From: Blastocatellia bacterium | GTDB lineage: Bacteria > Acidobacteriota > Blastocatellia > UBA7656 | DNA length: 59,753 nucleotides | Direction of reading: 5' to 3' | Assembly: GCA_039648975.1 (NCBI GenBank) | Contig: JBBWZK010000221.1 | Span: 1 to 59,753 of the forward strand | Part shown: positions 35,090 through 47,289 of the stretch, one piece after another | Numbering within the stretch: the first letter of the stretch is position 1 | Layout: each line of letters begins with the position of its first letter | Program-made: the position numbers and the translations under genes | Notes under the pieces: model-generated | Databases searched by the model: none | What the model was told of the DNA's origin: nothing | Seen by the model: the letters and a program-made list of their open reading frames with translations, nothing else

Positions 35090-36310
35090 TTAGCGGAAGA
35101 AGTGGCGGCGCTGCAATAAACGGTGTCCGGCCATGCGCACCGCCGTCGGCAGAGTCGCCCTGAGCAGCGATTTGCTCAATCGGGTCATGCGATGAATGCC
35201 TGTGTAGGTCAGCCCCCGCACACCGGAGCGCAAACAGGTAAGCGTCGCCATTTCGCGAACGTCTTGCGTCCACGCGTCTTTATACGCATTGTCGCCGCCC
35301 ATAAAATTGAACTCGCGCACGCCGTCATCGGCGACGCAATCTTTAATGCACAGGCCGAGCATCACGCGCCCTATGCTCAAGCGCGCCAGCCTGGGGTCGA
35401 AGCCTGCCTGAAAGTAATGAACAATACCGTTGTCGTAAAAGCCAATGATTGCCGCCGCGACTTCCCCTTTAACCTCTAGTGTCCACATGCGCAGGCGTTG
35501 GTCGCGCAGACTCATGCGCGCCGCGTTTCGCAAGAAGCCTTCAAAGCCGTGGATAGTAAACGAGCCCGGCTCGCCTCTGGCGTTCCAGCGCGCCTGATGC
35601 AGACGAACGAGCGCGTCCATTGCGGTTTCCAGATCATCCGGCGTCTGGACGCGGCGAAACTCGCAAGCATGCGAGTTGAACAAGCGGCGCGTTTCGTAGA
35701 GCAGGTTCTTGCGCATCGAGCGGCTCAGGTTGGCCAGCACACTCTGCCAATTCCCAAGGGTGCTGATGAAGTGCGCGCGGTTCGCCTGCTGGAGGTTGGC
35801 GCGATTGCCGAGTGCCGCGCACAGGTGCGGCAGGACAACGGATGACGCAGGAATTTCGTTGAGGCACAGCCTGTCCCAGGCGCTTGATTGGCTGAGCAAA
35901 CCGGCAACTGCCTCGGCGACCTGAGCTTCATCACCGCGCCGCGCCAGCAGGTCTAGACATTCGCCTGTATGCACATAAACGCCCGTGCCGATAAACATCA
36001 ACTCGCGCACGTGTGGGATGCCTGCCGTGCGACGCGCGCGCAAATAAAGCGGCGCAAGTCCCGCGAGCCGTCCGCTGCCGTCGCGCGCCGTGATGATGAA
36101 TAACTGCGCGCCCGGCGGGCGGAACGTCTCCCACCAGAGGTGATTCCAGCCTGAGCGCAAAAAGTAAACCTGCTGCACGCTCTCGTCGAGCAACTCGTCC
36201 CATTCGCGGGCGAGCCGAGCAAACCCGGCGTCATCGGTTATGACTTCCGTGTGTAGCAGCGATAACCGTGTTGCGACCGCACTACTCATCAACGGGGCAA
36301 TTCCTTTCAT
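35090..36310 (-). CDS. GNAT/Fem-fold protein, CelD/BcsL-like, #4
   Basis: LAREWDELL, LAGLAPLY, MRKNLLYETRRL, LVRLHQARW, YFQAGFDP, FNFMGGDNAYK. Start uncertain (36289-36349). Confidence 0.85.
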   Translation of the reverse strand: MKGIAPLMSSAVATRLSLLHTEVITDDAGFARLAREWDELLDESVQQVYFLRSGWNHLWWETFRPPGAQLFIITARDGSGRLAGLAPLYLRARRTAGIPHVRELMFIGTGVYVHTGECLDLLARRGDEAQVAEAVAGLLSQSSAWDRLCLNEIPASSVVLPHLCAALGNRANLQQANRAHFISTLGNWQSVLANLSRSMRKNLLYETRRLFNSHACEFRRVQTPDDLETAMDALVRLHQARWNARGEPGSFTIHGFEGFLRNAARMSLRDQRLRMWTLEVKGEVAAAIIGFYDNGIVHYFQAGFDPRLARLSIGRVMLGLCIKDCVADDGVREFNFMGGDNAYKDAWTQDVREMATLTCLRSGVRGLTYTGIHRMTRLSKSLLRATLPTAVRMAGHRLLQRRHFFR

Positions 36311-36557
36311 GCCGCGAACTGACTGCCAGCCTTCGCCATACGTCCACACGCGAAGGCTTACTCAAGTGAAATTGCCTGCCGCCGCCAATTTCCACATCGG
36401 GCCGAAGATAATTTGCACAGCGCTTGCCGACAGCGAATTTCGGGGCGCAGTCAACCGATTGCTTTTAGGCAGCGCTTCTACTAGGCTTTTTCAGTTAGGC
36501 TTTTCAGTGGATGGCTAAACGACTCTCCCTTGTCGCTTGATTTATAAGAAGGGCGTA

Positions 36558-38193
36558 GTGAGCACCAGAGTTTTTCAGTTTGCTGCGTTGCTGATATTCG
36601 CAGTCTTATTCTTCGCGTTTCAATCAACCGCCAGGGTTAGCCTTGCGGGCTCGCCAGATCTCCAGTACGTCGGCAATCGCGCCTGTGCAGCTTGTCACCT
36701 GTCCATCTATCAAAGTTATTCCAGGACACCGATGGCATTGACCAGCGGCCCCGCCGGCAACAACCTTGTCGAAGGCTCATTTGAACACAGCCTTTCGGCA
36801 ATGCGTTATCGTGTGTACTCCAAAGACGGCAAAGCATTGCTAAGCTATCAACGCACGGACGGGCCGCCGATTCGCGGTATACAAGAGTTGCAATTTTTCG
36901 TCGGATCGGGGCGCAGGGGTCGCAGTTATCTATTCAGCGCTGATCATTTTCTCTATCAGTCGCCAGCCAGTTACTATGCGCAAAAGAAACGCTGGGATAT
37001 GTCGCCCGGCTACGAATCATCCCGTGAGATGCCCTTCAATCGTGCGATAGAGTCGAGTTGTCTGGCCTGTCATGCCAGTCAGATACGCGCCATCAGCGGC
37101 ACCGAAAATCGCTATGAGGCAGTGCCTTTCGCTCAGGATGGCATTGGCTGCGAACGCTGTCATGGGCAGCGAGCACAACAAAGGCAAGTCGCCGATGATC
37201 AATCCGGCCAAACTCGACGCGGCGCGGCGCGATTCGGTATGTGCGCAATGTCACCTGTCAGGCGAGGCGCGCATTAACCAGCCGGGCAAGAACGCCGGCA
37301 TGTTTCGACCCGGCGAACTGCTCGCCGATTATGTTCTGGATTACATTTATGAAGGCGATTTTAATTATGCCTATAAAGCAATCGGCCACGTCGAAGCGAT
37401 GGCCAGTAGCCGCTGTAAGCTTCAATCCGGCGACCGTATGTCTTGCCTGAGTTGTCACGATCCGCATACCGTCCCGCCCGCCGAAGAGAAGGCGGCTTAT
37501 TTTCGTGAGAAGTGTCTGGCGTGCCATCTGCAACAGAAAGTTTCGGTCGAGCTCAAGCAACATTTCGATAATCGCTATGACTGTCGTAGCTGTCATATGC
37601 CAGCCACGCCCGGCCTGAGCATTGGCCATACGATGCTGACGGATCATCGCATCTTGCGTAAGCCAATCACAGGCGGATCAGGCCAAAAGCCTGCGACCCG
37701 TTTGATACAATTCGGCGCAAAGCTGGCTGATAGACGCGGGCTGGGATTGGCTTATGCCGAACTCGCGGCACGCGACAACCAGCCGTTCTACGCCGCTGAA
37801 GCCCTGCGCCTTTTGACCGAAGCCTTGCCTTCGTGCGCCAAAGACGCCGAGGTGCTGACCCGTTTAGCCTACCTGCACCAGACGAAAGGCGAAACGGAAC
37901 AGGCCGCCGCACTATATGAAAGGGCCTTGCAGAGCGACCCTCATAAAACTGCGGCGCAGGTTAATCTCGGCGTGCTGTATGCACAGCGCGGGCGCGTTGA
38001 TCGCGCCATCGAGCTATGGCGCAACGCCCTGGCCAGCAATCCTGGCTTGAGTGAGGCGAGTATCAATCTTGCCATCGCGCTTACAGCCGAAGACGATAAG
38101 CCGGAAGCGCGCGATGTGCTGGTCAAAGCGTTGCGCTTCGATCCTGATTCAAGCGTTGAACTAAAGTTATTGCACGACCTGGGCGATCAGTGA
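36558..38193 (+). pseudogene. Multiheme cytochrome c (7 CxxCH) with C-terminal TPRs, frameshifted near 37167
   Basis: The first ORF has CAACH, CLACH, CERCH; the second has CAQCH, CLSCH, CLACH, CRSCH and TPR repeats. The frame switches at CATGGGCAGCGAGCAC. Confidence 0.8.
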
Positions 38194-38271
38194 ACCACTG
38201 CTTATGTAGCCAAAACTAACAAAGCGGCCCCGATTGGAGCCGCCTCTTTGTCAGTTAATGATTCAAAGGAA

Positions 38272-39405
38272 CTATTGCGCGACTAAGAAGACATCCCAGG
38301 CCCAGCGGTCAACCTGTGCGTTACGAGAATCAAAGACTCTAGCCCGGTACTTAAACTGATTGCCGTACTGATCTGTACGCCTCGATTCTCGATAATCGAG
38401 ATCAATTGCATAAACGTTTAATGATGGCAGGGTATGTAACTCATTCATCTCTGAAATGCCGTTGTGGTTGGTATCCTGCCATAGCCGCAAGCTGGAGAAG
38501 ATGGAATCACGAGGCCCTATCCTTCCGTCACCATTGCCACCATTTTCGGGTTTGTCATATTCAGCCAGAGCAATAAAGCCATTACGATTTTCAGATTGCG
38601 GTTGTTGGGTAAAGTTGCCAAACAACTCCAGGCCACTATCAATCGTTCCATTACCGTTGCGGTCGAGTGCCAGCCACGCATCATCTGAACTAGCAGTTGT
38701 CCAGGCAACAGAAAATAGAGTGCCTGTGCCTGCCGGATCAAAACGCACCCCCGCAGTTGCATTCGTGAAGCTAAAGCCATCGCCATTGATGTCTATGATA
38801 ATCGGTGAGTAAAAACAACAGCACGGCGGATATGAAATCGTCCCTGAAGGACAAGTGATGCCGTTTGAAGAATAAAAACAGTTGGCCCCGCTTGGCCCAA
38901 AACAGCTCGTACCGCCTCCGCCAATAGGGCAAGTCCCATAAGATGATGCTATCTGGGAACCGCTATTTTGACAAAAATTCCAAGAGGTAACACCAGGGTC
39001 GCAAATAAGAAGGCTAGTAGTTATTTGATAAGTTACTGTTTGTACCCAACTCGTTGAAGTGACTACGGGAGTATTAAACATTGGCCAGCATTTCGTAGTC
39101 GCCGTAGAGTAATCGCTGCACCTAAACGAACAACCAAACTGGCCATCATTCCAATTTCCCAGAGCAACGTCTTCACTCTTATTTGCCCAAGTGATGGTCT
39201 TAACCTCGCTTTTTTCTATAGAACACATACCGCCAAAGGAATGACATGGATCACATAAATCGCAAACCGAAGTTGATAGGACCTCTCCTGGACATCCTGT
39301 CCTATAAACAGTACCGTCAGGATCACAATGACCTGCATGAGCCATCGGAATCTGTGATAGTAATAGGCCTATCAATATCCACAAGCAGAGTAGTTCTTTT
39401 TTCAT
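38272..39405 (-). CDS. Secreted Cys-rich protein with 6-Cys mini-domain and FrpC SPM-like C-domain (paralog 2)
   Basis: Signal peptide; 18 Cys in the mature N-terminal half; [43 protein letters not shown]. Confidence 0.85.
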   Translation of the reverse strand: MKKELLCLWILIGLLLSQIPMAHAGHCDPDGTVYRTGCPGEVLSTSVCDLCDPCHSFGGMCSIEKSEVKTITWANKSEDVALGNWNDGQFGCSFRCSDYSTATTKCWPMFNTPVVTSTSWVQTVTYQITTSLLICDPGVTSWNFCQNSGSQIASSYGTCPIGGGGTSCFGPSGANCFYSSNGITCPSGTISYPPCCCFYSPIIIDINGDGFSFTNATAGVRFDPAGTGTLFSVAWTTASSDDAWLALDRNGNGTIDSGLELFGNFTQQPQSENRNGFIALAEYDKPENGGNGDGRIGPRDSIFSSLRLWQDTNHNGISEMNELHTLPSLNVYAIDLDYRESRRTDQYGNQFKYRARVFDSRNAQVDRWAWDVFLVAQ

Positions 39406-39430
39406 GGTTATTACTCTTTTAGGGATTTTG

Positions 39431-40198
39431 TTATTGAGTACGTTTTAAAGACTTTAGGATTGCCAGATTTTCTTTTTCGTACTTGTTTACAATATATGAT
39501 AGTACTTGACGAGCAACATCCTCTCCCTTTTCCTGTTCAATTTGTTCAAGTTGTTTGAGTTTATCAAGAGCCAATTCTCTTGCATTATGAAGTCCTACAC
39601 GGAACTCCAACGACCTCCCTTCTTCTTCTTCTGGAAGCTGTTCGAGCTTAAGCTTAATCGCTTCTTGTTTTTGCATTAATCTCATATTTTTCGGGGTGAC
39701 TAATGCATCACGAAAGAGGGGCAGAATGCGTGCTATTTGTGCTTGTGTTCCTGCGCGAGTATCAAATATTTGTCTGACGAACTTAGATTCGCCATCCGAT
39801 GTTCCATCTTCATAAACAACTGCTAGAATGGTAATTCCTTTTTCAGGGCTTGTAGGTGACGGTAAACCACATTGTTCTATTCCCGTGGCCCCAGGAGCTA
39901 TTACTTTTTCAGTATCAATCCACTCGGATCTATAGTTAACTTCTGAAGAAGACAAGGAAATTGCTGTTATGGCCTTGTCCGAATCATTCCTTAATAATAG
40001 AAGAACATTATATTTCTGTACTTTCACATCAACGATGGTTAAATTCGGGACTAAGCTTATTACAGGGAAATTAACTTGCTTCTTAGAAGGGCTCGCTTTG
40101 AAGATGCCAAGTTTAGAAGACGACAAGAATATGAATAGACAAACACAAGAAAAAACCAGGAAATAAGGTTTCTGAGCGATTGCTTTGATTTTCTTCAT
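39431..40198 (-). CDS. Membrane-anchored/exported hypothetical protein, upstream partner of paralog 2
   Basis: AGGAG RBS before ATG40198; N-terminal hydrophobic helix; beta-rich then helical domain; 25-bp gap to the downstream gene; AT-rich. Confidence 0.75.
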   Translation of the reverse strand: MKKIKAIAQKPYFLVFSCVCLFIFLSSSKLGIFKASPSKKQVNFPVISLVPNLTIVDVKVQKYNVLLLLRNDSDKAITAISLSSSEVNYRSEWIDTEKVIAPGATGIEQCGLPSPTSPEKGITILAVVYEDGTSDGESKFVRQIFDTRAGTQAQIARILPLFRDALVTPKNMRLMQKQEAIKLKLEQLPEEEEGRSLEFRVGLHNARELALDKLKQLEQIEQEKGEDVARQVLSYIVNKYEKENLAILKSLKRTQ

Positions 40199-40669
40199 AA
40201 GAACTTCTCCTGAATAACAATACGCGCAGTAGAGTCCCATTCGCAGTATGAGGAAGAGCTGGAACAACGCGTTTATATCACCGTTAAAAACTTGGGGCAA
40301 GAAAATTTGATGTAGCATATAACATTTTTTTGTTAGGTTATTCTCTTATCCGTACATTGCAAGCAGACATGATAAAAGCTTTCCAAAATGAAGGGCTTAT
40401 GTTTTAGTGATATTGCACACCGCATATTGGACAGCTAGACCTACTCTGCCTGGTCTTCTGCCGTATCTGCTGATCGCACTCGTGGCAGGCGCTGGGCTCA
40501 GGCAAGCCTCACAAGCACGTTCAGATAGGATATGGTTTAACAGTAAAGGCATCTTCCTTGACGATGGGGCGCTCGAACTCTAAACTGAAATTCACAGGCA
40601 AAACGTAGTAAAACTGATAACCAGACCGCGCATACAGACGCGCCAACCACACGGATGATTGAAAAAACT

Positions 40670-43549
40670 ATGGCTCATAATCTGTTCAACTCCCATCAGA
40701 CGTTTACTATCGCGAACCATCGCACCGGCGAGTTCTATTCGCTGCCGCAGCTTGAAAAAGAGGGCGTCGGCCCTATCTCGAAATTGCCCGTCAGCATACG
40801 TATCGTGCTCGAATCCGTGCTGCGCAACTATGACGGCAAGCGCATCACCGAAGAGAACATTCGCGGGCTGGCCAACTGGAGGCCGAATGACGAGCGCACA
40901 GACGAGATTCCCTTCATCGTCGCGCGCATTCTGCTGCAAGACTTCACCGGCGTGCCGCTGTTAGTCGATCTCGCGGCGATGCGTTCAGCCGTCGCGCACC
41001 TCAGTAAAGACCCGCAGATCATCGAGCCGCTGGTGCCCGTAGATCTCGTCATAGACCATTCGGTGCAGGTCGATTTTGCCAGTTCGCCGGACGCCTTCAT
41101 CAAGAACATGAAGATGGAGTTCAAGCGCAACCGCGCGCGTTACCAGTTCCTGAAGTGGGGCATGCAGGCATTCAATAGCTTCAGCGTCGTGCCGCCAGGC
41201 ATAGGCATCTGCCATCAGGTCAATCTCGAATATCTCGCCAAAGGCGTGCAGGAGCGCGATGGCGTCTACTTCCCCGACACGCTGGTCGGCACCGATTCGC
41301 ACACGACGATGATTAACGGCCTGGGCGTCGTCGGCTGGGGCGTCGGCGGCATCGAAGCCGAGGCCGGCATGCTCGGCCAGCCGGTCTACTTCCTGACCCC
41401 GGATGTCGTCGGCGTGCATTTGAGCGGCCAGTTGCGCGAAGGCGTGACCGCTACCGATTTAGTGTTGACGATTACAGAAATGCTGCGCAAAGCAAAAGGT
41501 GTCGGCAAATTCGTCGAGTATCATGGCGAAGGCGCGGCACGGCTGACGGCCACAGACCGCGCGACGATTGCCAATATGTCGCCTGAATACGGCGCGACGA
41601 TGGGCTTCTTCCCTGTCGATGAAGAGACCCTCGGTTACTACAAGGCGACGGGCCGCAGCGACGAACAGGTCGAGTTGATCTATAGCTATTTCAAGGCGCA
41701 GGGCATGTTCGGCATACCGCGCAAAGGCGAGGTGGATTACAGTAGCCTGCTTGAGCTTGATCTGTCGACGGTCGAGCCCAGCGTCTCAGGGCCGAAGCGC
41801 CCGCAGGATCGTATCGCGCTGTCGAACCTCAAAGACAAGTTTCGCGAACTGCTCGTCAAGCCCGTGAACGAGAGCGGCTACAACCTCTCGCCCGAAGACC
41901 TGGAGAAGTGCGTCTTCACGCACGTTGGCGTGCGCGACTCGGCATTGATGGACCCCCTAAGCGGCGGCGGCGAGCAGGGGATAAAAACGACGCCCGTCGG
42001 CGCAGCCCTGGTCAGCGACAAGAACACCGCAACGTGGTCGGAAACCGAGATGATCAACAATCGCCCGACGCCCGACCGCGTTGTTGAAATACTCGAAGAA
42101 GAGTTTCCCGTAGGCAAAGCCGAGTTGCGGCACGGCGATGTGGTCATCGCCGCCATCACGTCCTGCACCAACACCTCGAATCCGAGTGTGATGCTGGCCG
42201 CCGGCCTTGTGGCCAAGAAAGCCGTCGAGCTAGGCTTGCGTGTGCGACCTACGGTGAAGACTTCGCTTGCGCCCGGCTCGCGTGTGGTGACGGATTATCT
42301 CGAAAAGGCTGGCTTGCAAACCTACTTAAATCAGATCGGCTTCAACTTGGTGGGCTATGGGTGTACCACCTGTATAGGAAATTCCGGGCCGCTCGATCCG
42401 GGGCTTGAAGAGGCAGTCAACGATAACGACATCATCGCGGCATCGGTGTTGAGCGGCAATCGCAACTTCGAGGCGCGCGTGCATCAGAGCGTCAAGGCAA
42501 ACTTCCTCATGAGTCCGCCGCTGGTCGTCGCCTTCGCGCTCGCCGGGCGCGTCAGCATCAATCTTTCGGAAGAGCCTATCGGCACGGGAGCGGACGGCGG
42601 CCAGGTGTATCTACGCGACATCTGGCCGACGACGGATGAAGTGCGCGACCTGATGCGCTCGGCATTTGACGCCGAAACCTATCATCAGCTTTACAGCAGC
42701 TTCGCCGAGCAGAATCCGATGTGGAACGAGATTCCCGTGACGGTCGGCGCGCTCTACGAATGGGACGCGGAATCCGACTACATACAGGAGCCGCCATACT
42801 TCGAGGGCTTCGGCATGCAAGCGGGCGAGATCAGCGAGATCAACGGCGCGCGGGCGCTAGCCATCTTCGGCGATTCGGTGACCACCGATCACATCAGCCC
42901 TGCGGGGGCGATCAAGCCGACGAGTCCCGCCGGTCTATACCTGCAAGAGCGCGGCGTCACGGTGGCCGACTTTAACAGTTACGGCGCGCGGCGCGGCAAT
43001 GACCGCGTGATGACGCGCGGCACGTTCGCCAACGTGCGCATCAAGAACCTGATGGTGCCAGGCACCGAAGGCGGCGTCACTGTGCATCAGCCCGACGGCG
43101 AACGCATGAGCATCTATGACGCGGCGATGCAGTATCAGCAGGAAGGCACGCCGCTCGTCGTTTTCGCCGGCCAGGAATACGGCACGGGCAGTTCAAGAGA
43201 TTGGGCCGCGAAAGGCACGCGACTGTTAGGCGTGCGCGCCGTGGTGACGCAGAGCTTCGAGCGCATACATCGCAGCAACCTCGTCGGCATGGGCGTGCTG
43301 CCGTGCCAGTTCAAAGAAGGCACCAGCGCACAGACGTTGCAGCTTGACGGCAGCGAGACCTTCGACCTCGTCGGCTTTGCCAGCGGCATCAGGCCGCGTC
43401 AGGATGTCCGGCTAGTGATTCATCGCCAGAACGGCGAGACGCAAGAGGTGTCATTGACGGTGCGCATCGACACGCCGATTGAAGTGGACTATTACCGCCA
43501 CGGCGGCATCCTGCATTACGTGCTGCGGCAGTTGATCGCCCAGGCGTAA
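40670..43549 (+). CDS. acnA: Aconitate hydratase A
   Basis: [67 protein letters not shown]. Confidence 0.98.
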   Translation: MAHNLFNSHQTFTIANHRTGEFYSLPQLEKEGVGPISKLPVSIRIVLESVLRNYDGKRITEENIRGLANWRPNDERTDEIPFIVARILLQDFTGVPLLVDLAAMRSAVAHLSKDPQIIEPLVPVDLVIDHSVQVDFASSPDAFIKNMKMEFKRNRARYQFLKWGMQAFNSFSVVPPGIGICHQVNLEYLAKGVQERDGVYFPDTLVGTDSHTTMINGLGVVGWGVGGIEAEAGMLGQPVYFLTPDVVGVHLSGQLREGVTATDLVLTITEMLRKAKGVGKFVEYHGEGAARLTATDRATIANMSPEYGATMGFFPVDEETLGYYKATGRSDEQVELIYSYFKAQGMFGIPRKGEVDYSSLLELDLSTVEPSVSGPKRPQDRIALSNLKDKFRELLVKPVNESGYNLSPEDLEKCVFTHVGVRDSALMDPLSGGGEQGIKTTPVGAALVSDKNTATWSETEMINNRPTPDRVVEILEEEFPVGKAELRHGDVVIAAITSCTNTSNPSVMLAAGLVAKKAVELGLRVRPTVKTSLAPGSRVVTDYLEKAGLQTYLNQIGFNLVGYGCTTCIGNSGPLDPGLEEAVNDNDIIAASVLSGNRNFEARVHQSVKANFLMSPPLVVAFALAGRVSINLSEEPIGTGADGGQVYLRDIWPTTDEVRDLMRSAFDAETYHQLYSSFAEQNPMWNEIPVTVGALYEWDAESDYIQEPPYFEGFGMQAGEISEINGARALAIFGDSVTTDHISPAGAIKPTSPAGLYLQERGVTVADFNSYGARRGNDRVMTRGTFANVRIKNLMVPGTEGGVTVHQPDGERMSIYDAAMQYQQEGTPLVVFAGQEYGTGSSRDWAAKGTRLLGVRAVVTQSFERIHRSNLVGMGVLPCQFKEGTSAQTLQLDGSETFDLVGFASGIRPRQDVRLVIHRQNGETQEVSLTVRIDTPIEVDYYRHGGILHYVLRQLIAQA

Positions 43550-43564
43550 GCAATATCACAAAAT

Positions 43565-43605
43565 AAAAACGCCGAACGATGAGTGATGGTCGTTCGGCGT
43601 TTTTT
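43565..43605. terminator. Bidirectional intrinsic terminator (acnA/uvrC)
   Basis: AAAAACGCCGAACGA...TCGTTCGGCGTTTTTT between convergent genes. Confidence 0.85.
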
Positions 43606-43618
43606 CTTGCGCCCTGCT

Positions 43619-45463
<1,845 letters not shown>

Positions 45464-45467
45464 AGAA

Positions 45468-45568
45468 GCTAGAGGCTAGAGGCTAGGGGCTAGGGGCTAG
45501 AGATTAGGAACAGTCAAATTACGCTGCATCCTCTTCTCTAGCCCCTAGCCTCTAATCCCTGATCCCTA
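45468..45568. repeat. Heptamer tandem repeat (GCTAG(A/G)G)x5 followed by inverted degenerate copies
   Basis: Read directly, upstream of the uvrC start. Confidence 0.8.
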
Positions 45569-46330
45569 CATTTTGCTGACGATCCGATATTTGCCTTCTT
45601 GATAGCGGAAGCGGAAGTTGCCCTCGAAGCGCCGTATGTTCGACGCGCCGCTGCCCGAAGCCAGCGTCGGCAAGCGCATCGCGCCTTCAAACTGCGAATA
45701 ATCAATCGTCGCGTTGAAGCTCTTCAGCTTGGCCGCTTCCTTGTCGAGCACTTCAAGATTGTGCAGGCTTTCGATCTTAATCGTCAGGATTTCGCCGGTC
45801 GTCGCATCAAGCATGACGATGCCCGAAGCCAGCGGCACACTGGTCGCCTCGGCTTTCGGGATGAAGCGATACCAATGCTCGTTCTTGCGCTCGGCAACGA
45901 CTTCCTGAAAATTGTAGTACTGGATTTTTTCAGGCAGCAGCGGGAAGAAAGCCAGGTCCCAGAGCGCCCCGAACGACAGCAGTGTGGTATCGTTCTCGTT
46001 GACCTTGCTCTTCGGGTTGCCCTTTTTATCCGTATCCGAAATTACACTGACGCTGACCGGCACCTGGCCGGATTTGTCGGCTCTGGCTGCCGGCTCAATC
46101 TCAACCGTCGTCTCGCGGGTTTCTTCCGGCCTCTCCTGTCCGTCTTTGACCTTGAAGCGCTCGACGCGCAGCCGCTGCTCGTAATGGCAGTGGTCGCGCA
46201 TATAGAGCGAGCGGTCCTGATTGCCCGCCGCCTTGCAGATCAACTCCGGCGCTTTGCAGTCATCGGCAGTCGCCGGCTGCACTGCGCCGAGCGTCAGGGT
46301 CAGTAAGCCAATCCATAGAGTTCTTTTCAA
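45566..46330 (-). CDS. Secreted hypothetical protein
   Basis: GGGGGAG RBS with TTG start; signal peptide; beta-rich fold with a CKAPELIC Cys pair. Confidence 0.7.
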   Translation of the reverse strand: MKRTLWIGLLTLTLGAVQPATADDCKAPELICKAAGNQDRSLYMRDHCHYEQRLRVERFKVKDGQERPEETRETTVEIEPAARADKSGQVPVSVSVISDTDKKGNPKSKVNENDTTLLSFGALWDLAFFPLLPEKIQYYNFQEVVAERKNEHWYRFIPKAEATSVPLASGIVMLDATTGEILTIKIESLHNLEVLDKEAAKLKSFNATIDYSQFEGAMRLPTLASGSGASNIRRFEGNFRFRYQEGKYRIVSKM

Positions 46331-46499
46331 CTTCTTGACTCCCCCATTGTTTTTCGTGTATTTACTCTAGCGTCGCCCGATAAAAGTATAGTTGAGGTAA
46401 GCAAAGCACGGCAAACGTTCACCTCTTCGAGCGCATCGCATTGCCGCCCGCGCCGATGCGCTTTTTTAGTGGCGGGTGAAATCACCTGAGGAGGCCCTT

Positions 46500-47189
46500 A
46501 TGAAACGAAAAGCGATGGCTGTTGCCAGCATCGCACTCGCGGTGCTGCTGTCGAGCGCCTGCGCCACCAAAAAGTATGTCCGCAACCGCGTCAACGAGCG
46601 TGCGACGCCGCTTGAGAATCGCACAGGCGAACTCGAAGAAACCTCGCGCCGCAACACGCAGGACATCAGCCGCATCCGCACAGACGTTGCCGAGGTCGGC
46701 AACCGCACAGACCGCGCCCAGCAAACCGCTGATCGCGCGGCTTCGGCAGCCGAGCAAGCCAACACGCGTGTCACCGGCGTCGAACAATCGGTCACCGACC
46801 TGCGCTCGAACCTCGACAAGTTCACCGTGCAGAAGACCGTCACCATCTGGTTCAAAGTCCGCAAGTCCGACCTTCAGCCTGAAGCGACGGCGGCGCTTGA
46901 TGAACTGGCCAGCCAGATCAAAGATCGCAACGGCTTCCTATTGGAGATCGAAGGCTTTGCTTCTTCCGACGGCGACCCAATGTTGAATGATCGTTTGAGC
47001 GAGGCGCGCTCGGAAGCGGTGCGCCGCTACCTGGCCGAACATCACAACATCCCGTTGTTTCGCATGTCGATTCTGGGATTTGGCGAGAGCCGTCCGGTCG
47101 CCGACAACACGACGCTCGAAGGCCGCCAGCAGAATCGCCGCGTCGAAGTCCGCTTGCTGACAAACAACGCCGTCAGCCAGTCGCACTAA
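46500..47189 (+). CDS. OmpA-family lipoprotein with coiled-coil N-region
   Basis: GAGGAG RBS; lipobox LSSAC; IEGFASSDG, LSEARSEAV, GFGESRPVADN, GRQQNRRVEV. Confidence 0.92.
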   Translation: MKRKAMAVASIALAVLLSSACATKKYVRNRVNERATPLENRTGELEETSRRNTQDISRIRTDVAEVGNRTDRAQQTADRAASAAEQANTRVTGVEQSVTDLRSNLDKFTVQKTVTIWFKVRKSDLQPEATAALDELASQIKDRNGFLLEIEGFASSDGDPMLNDRLSEARSEAVRRYLAEHHNIPLFRMSILGFGESRPVADNTTLEGRQQNRRVEVRLLTNNAVSQSH

Positions 47190-47192
47190 TAA

Positions 47193-47283
47193 TCTAGCGA
47201 GTCTTGAGAGTCCGGAGAGTCCGGAGAGTCTAGCCGTTCGTCAGACTCTCAAGACTGGCTAGACTCGCTAGACTCTATAGACT
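47193..47283. repeat. Short tandem/inverted repeat cluster (GAGAGTCCG and CTAGACT units)
   Basis: CTAGCGAGTCTTGAGAGTCCGGAGAGTCCGGAGAGTCTAG followed by reverse-complement-like AGACTCTCAAGACT...CTAGACTCGCTAGACT. Confidence 0.7.
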
Positions 47284-47289
47284 TTTGGC

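Noticed and set aside
36558-38193. Programmed ribosomal frameshift in the cytochrome gene
   Set aside because: No slippery heptamer or stimulatory structure, and the conserved GPG residues are missing rather than shifted.
38272-39405. RiPP precursor or multiheme interpretation of the Cys-rich protein (CDPCH resembles CxxCH)
   Set aside because: Only a single CxxCH-like string among many Cys, no RiPP maturases nearby, and a Sec signal with an even Cys count fits disulfides better.
40407-40583. 58-codon + strand ORF with a hydrophobic stretch upstream of acnA
   Set aside because: Weak RBS, no recognisable family; cannot be supported without expression data.
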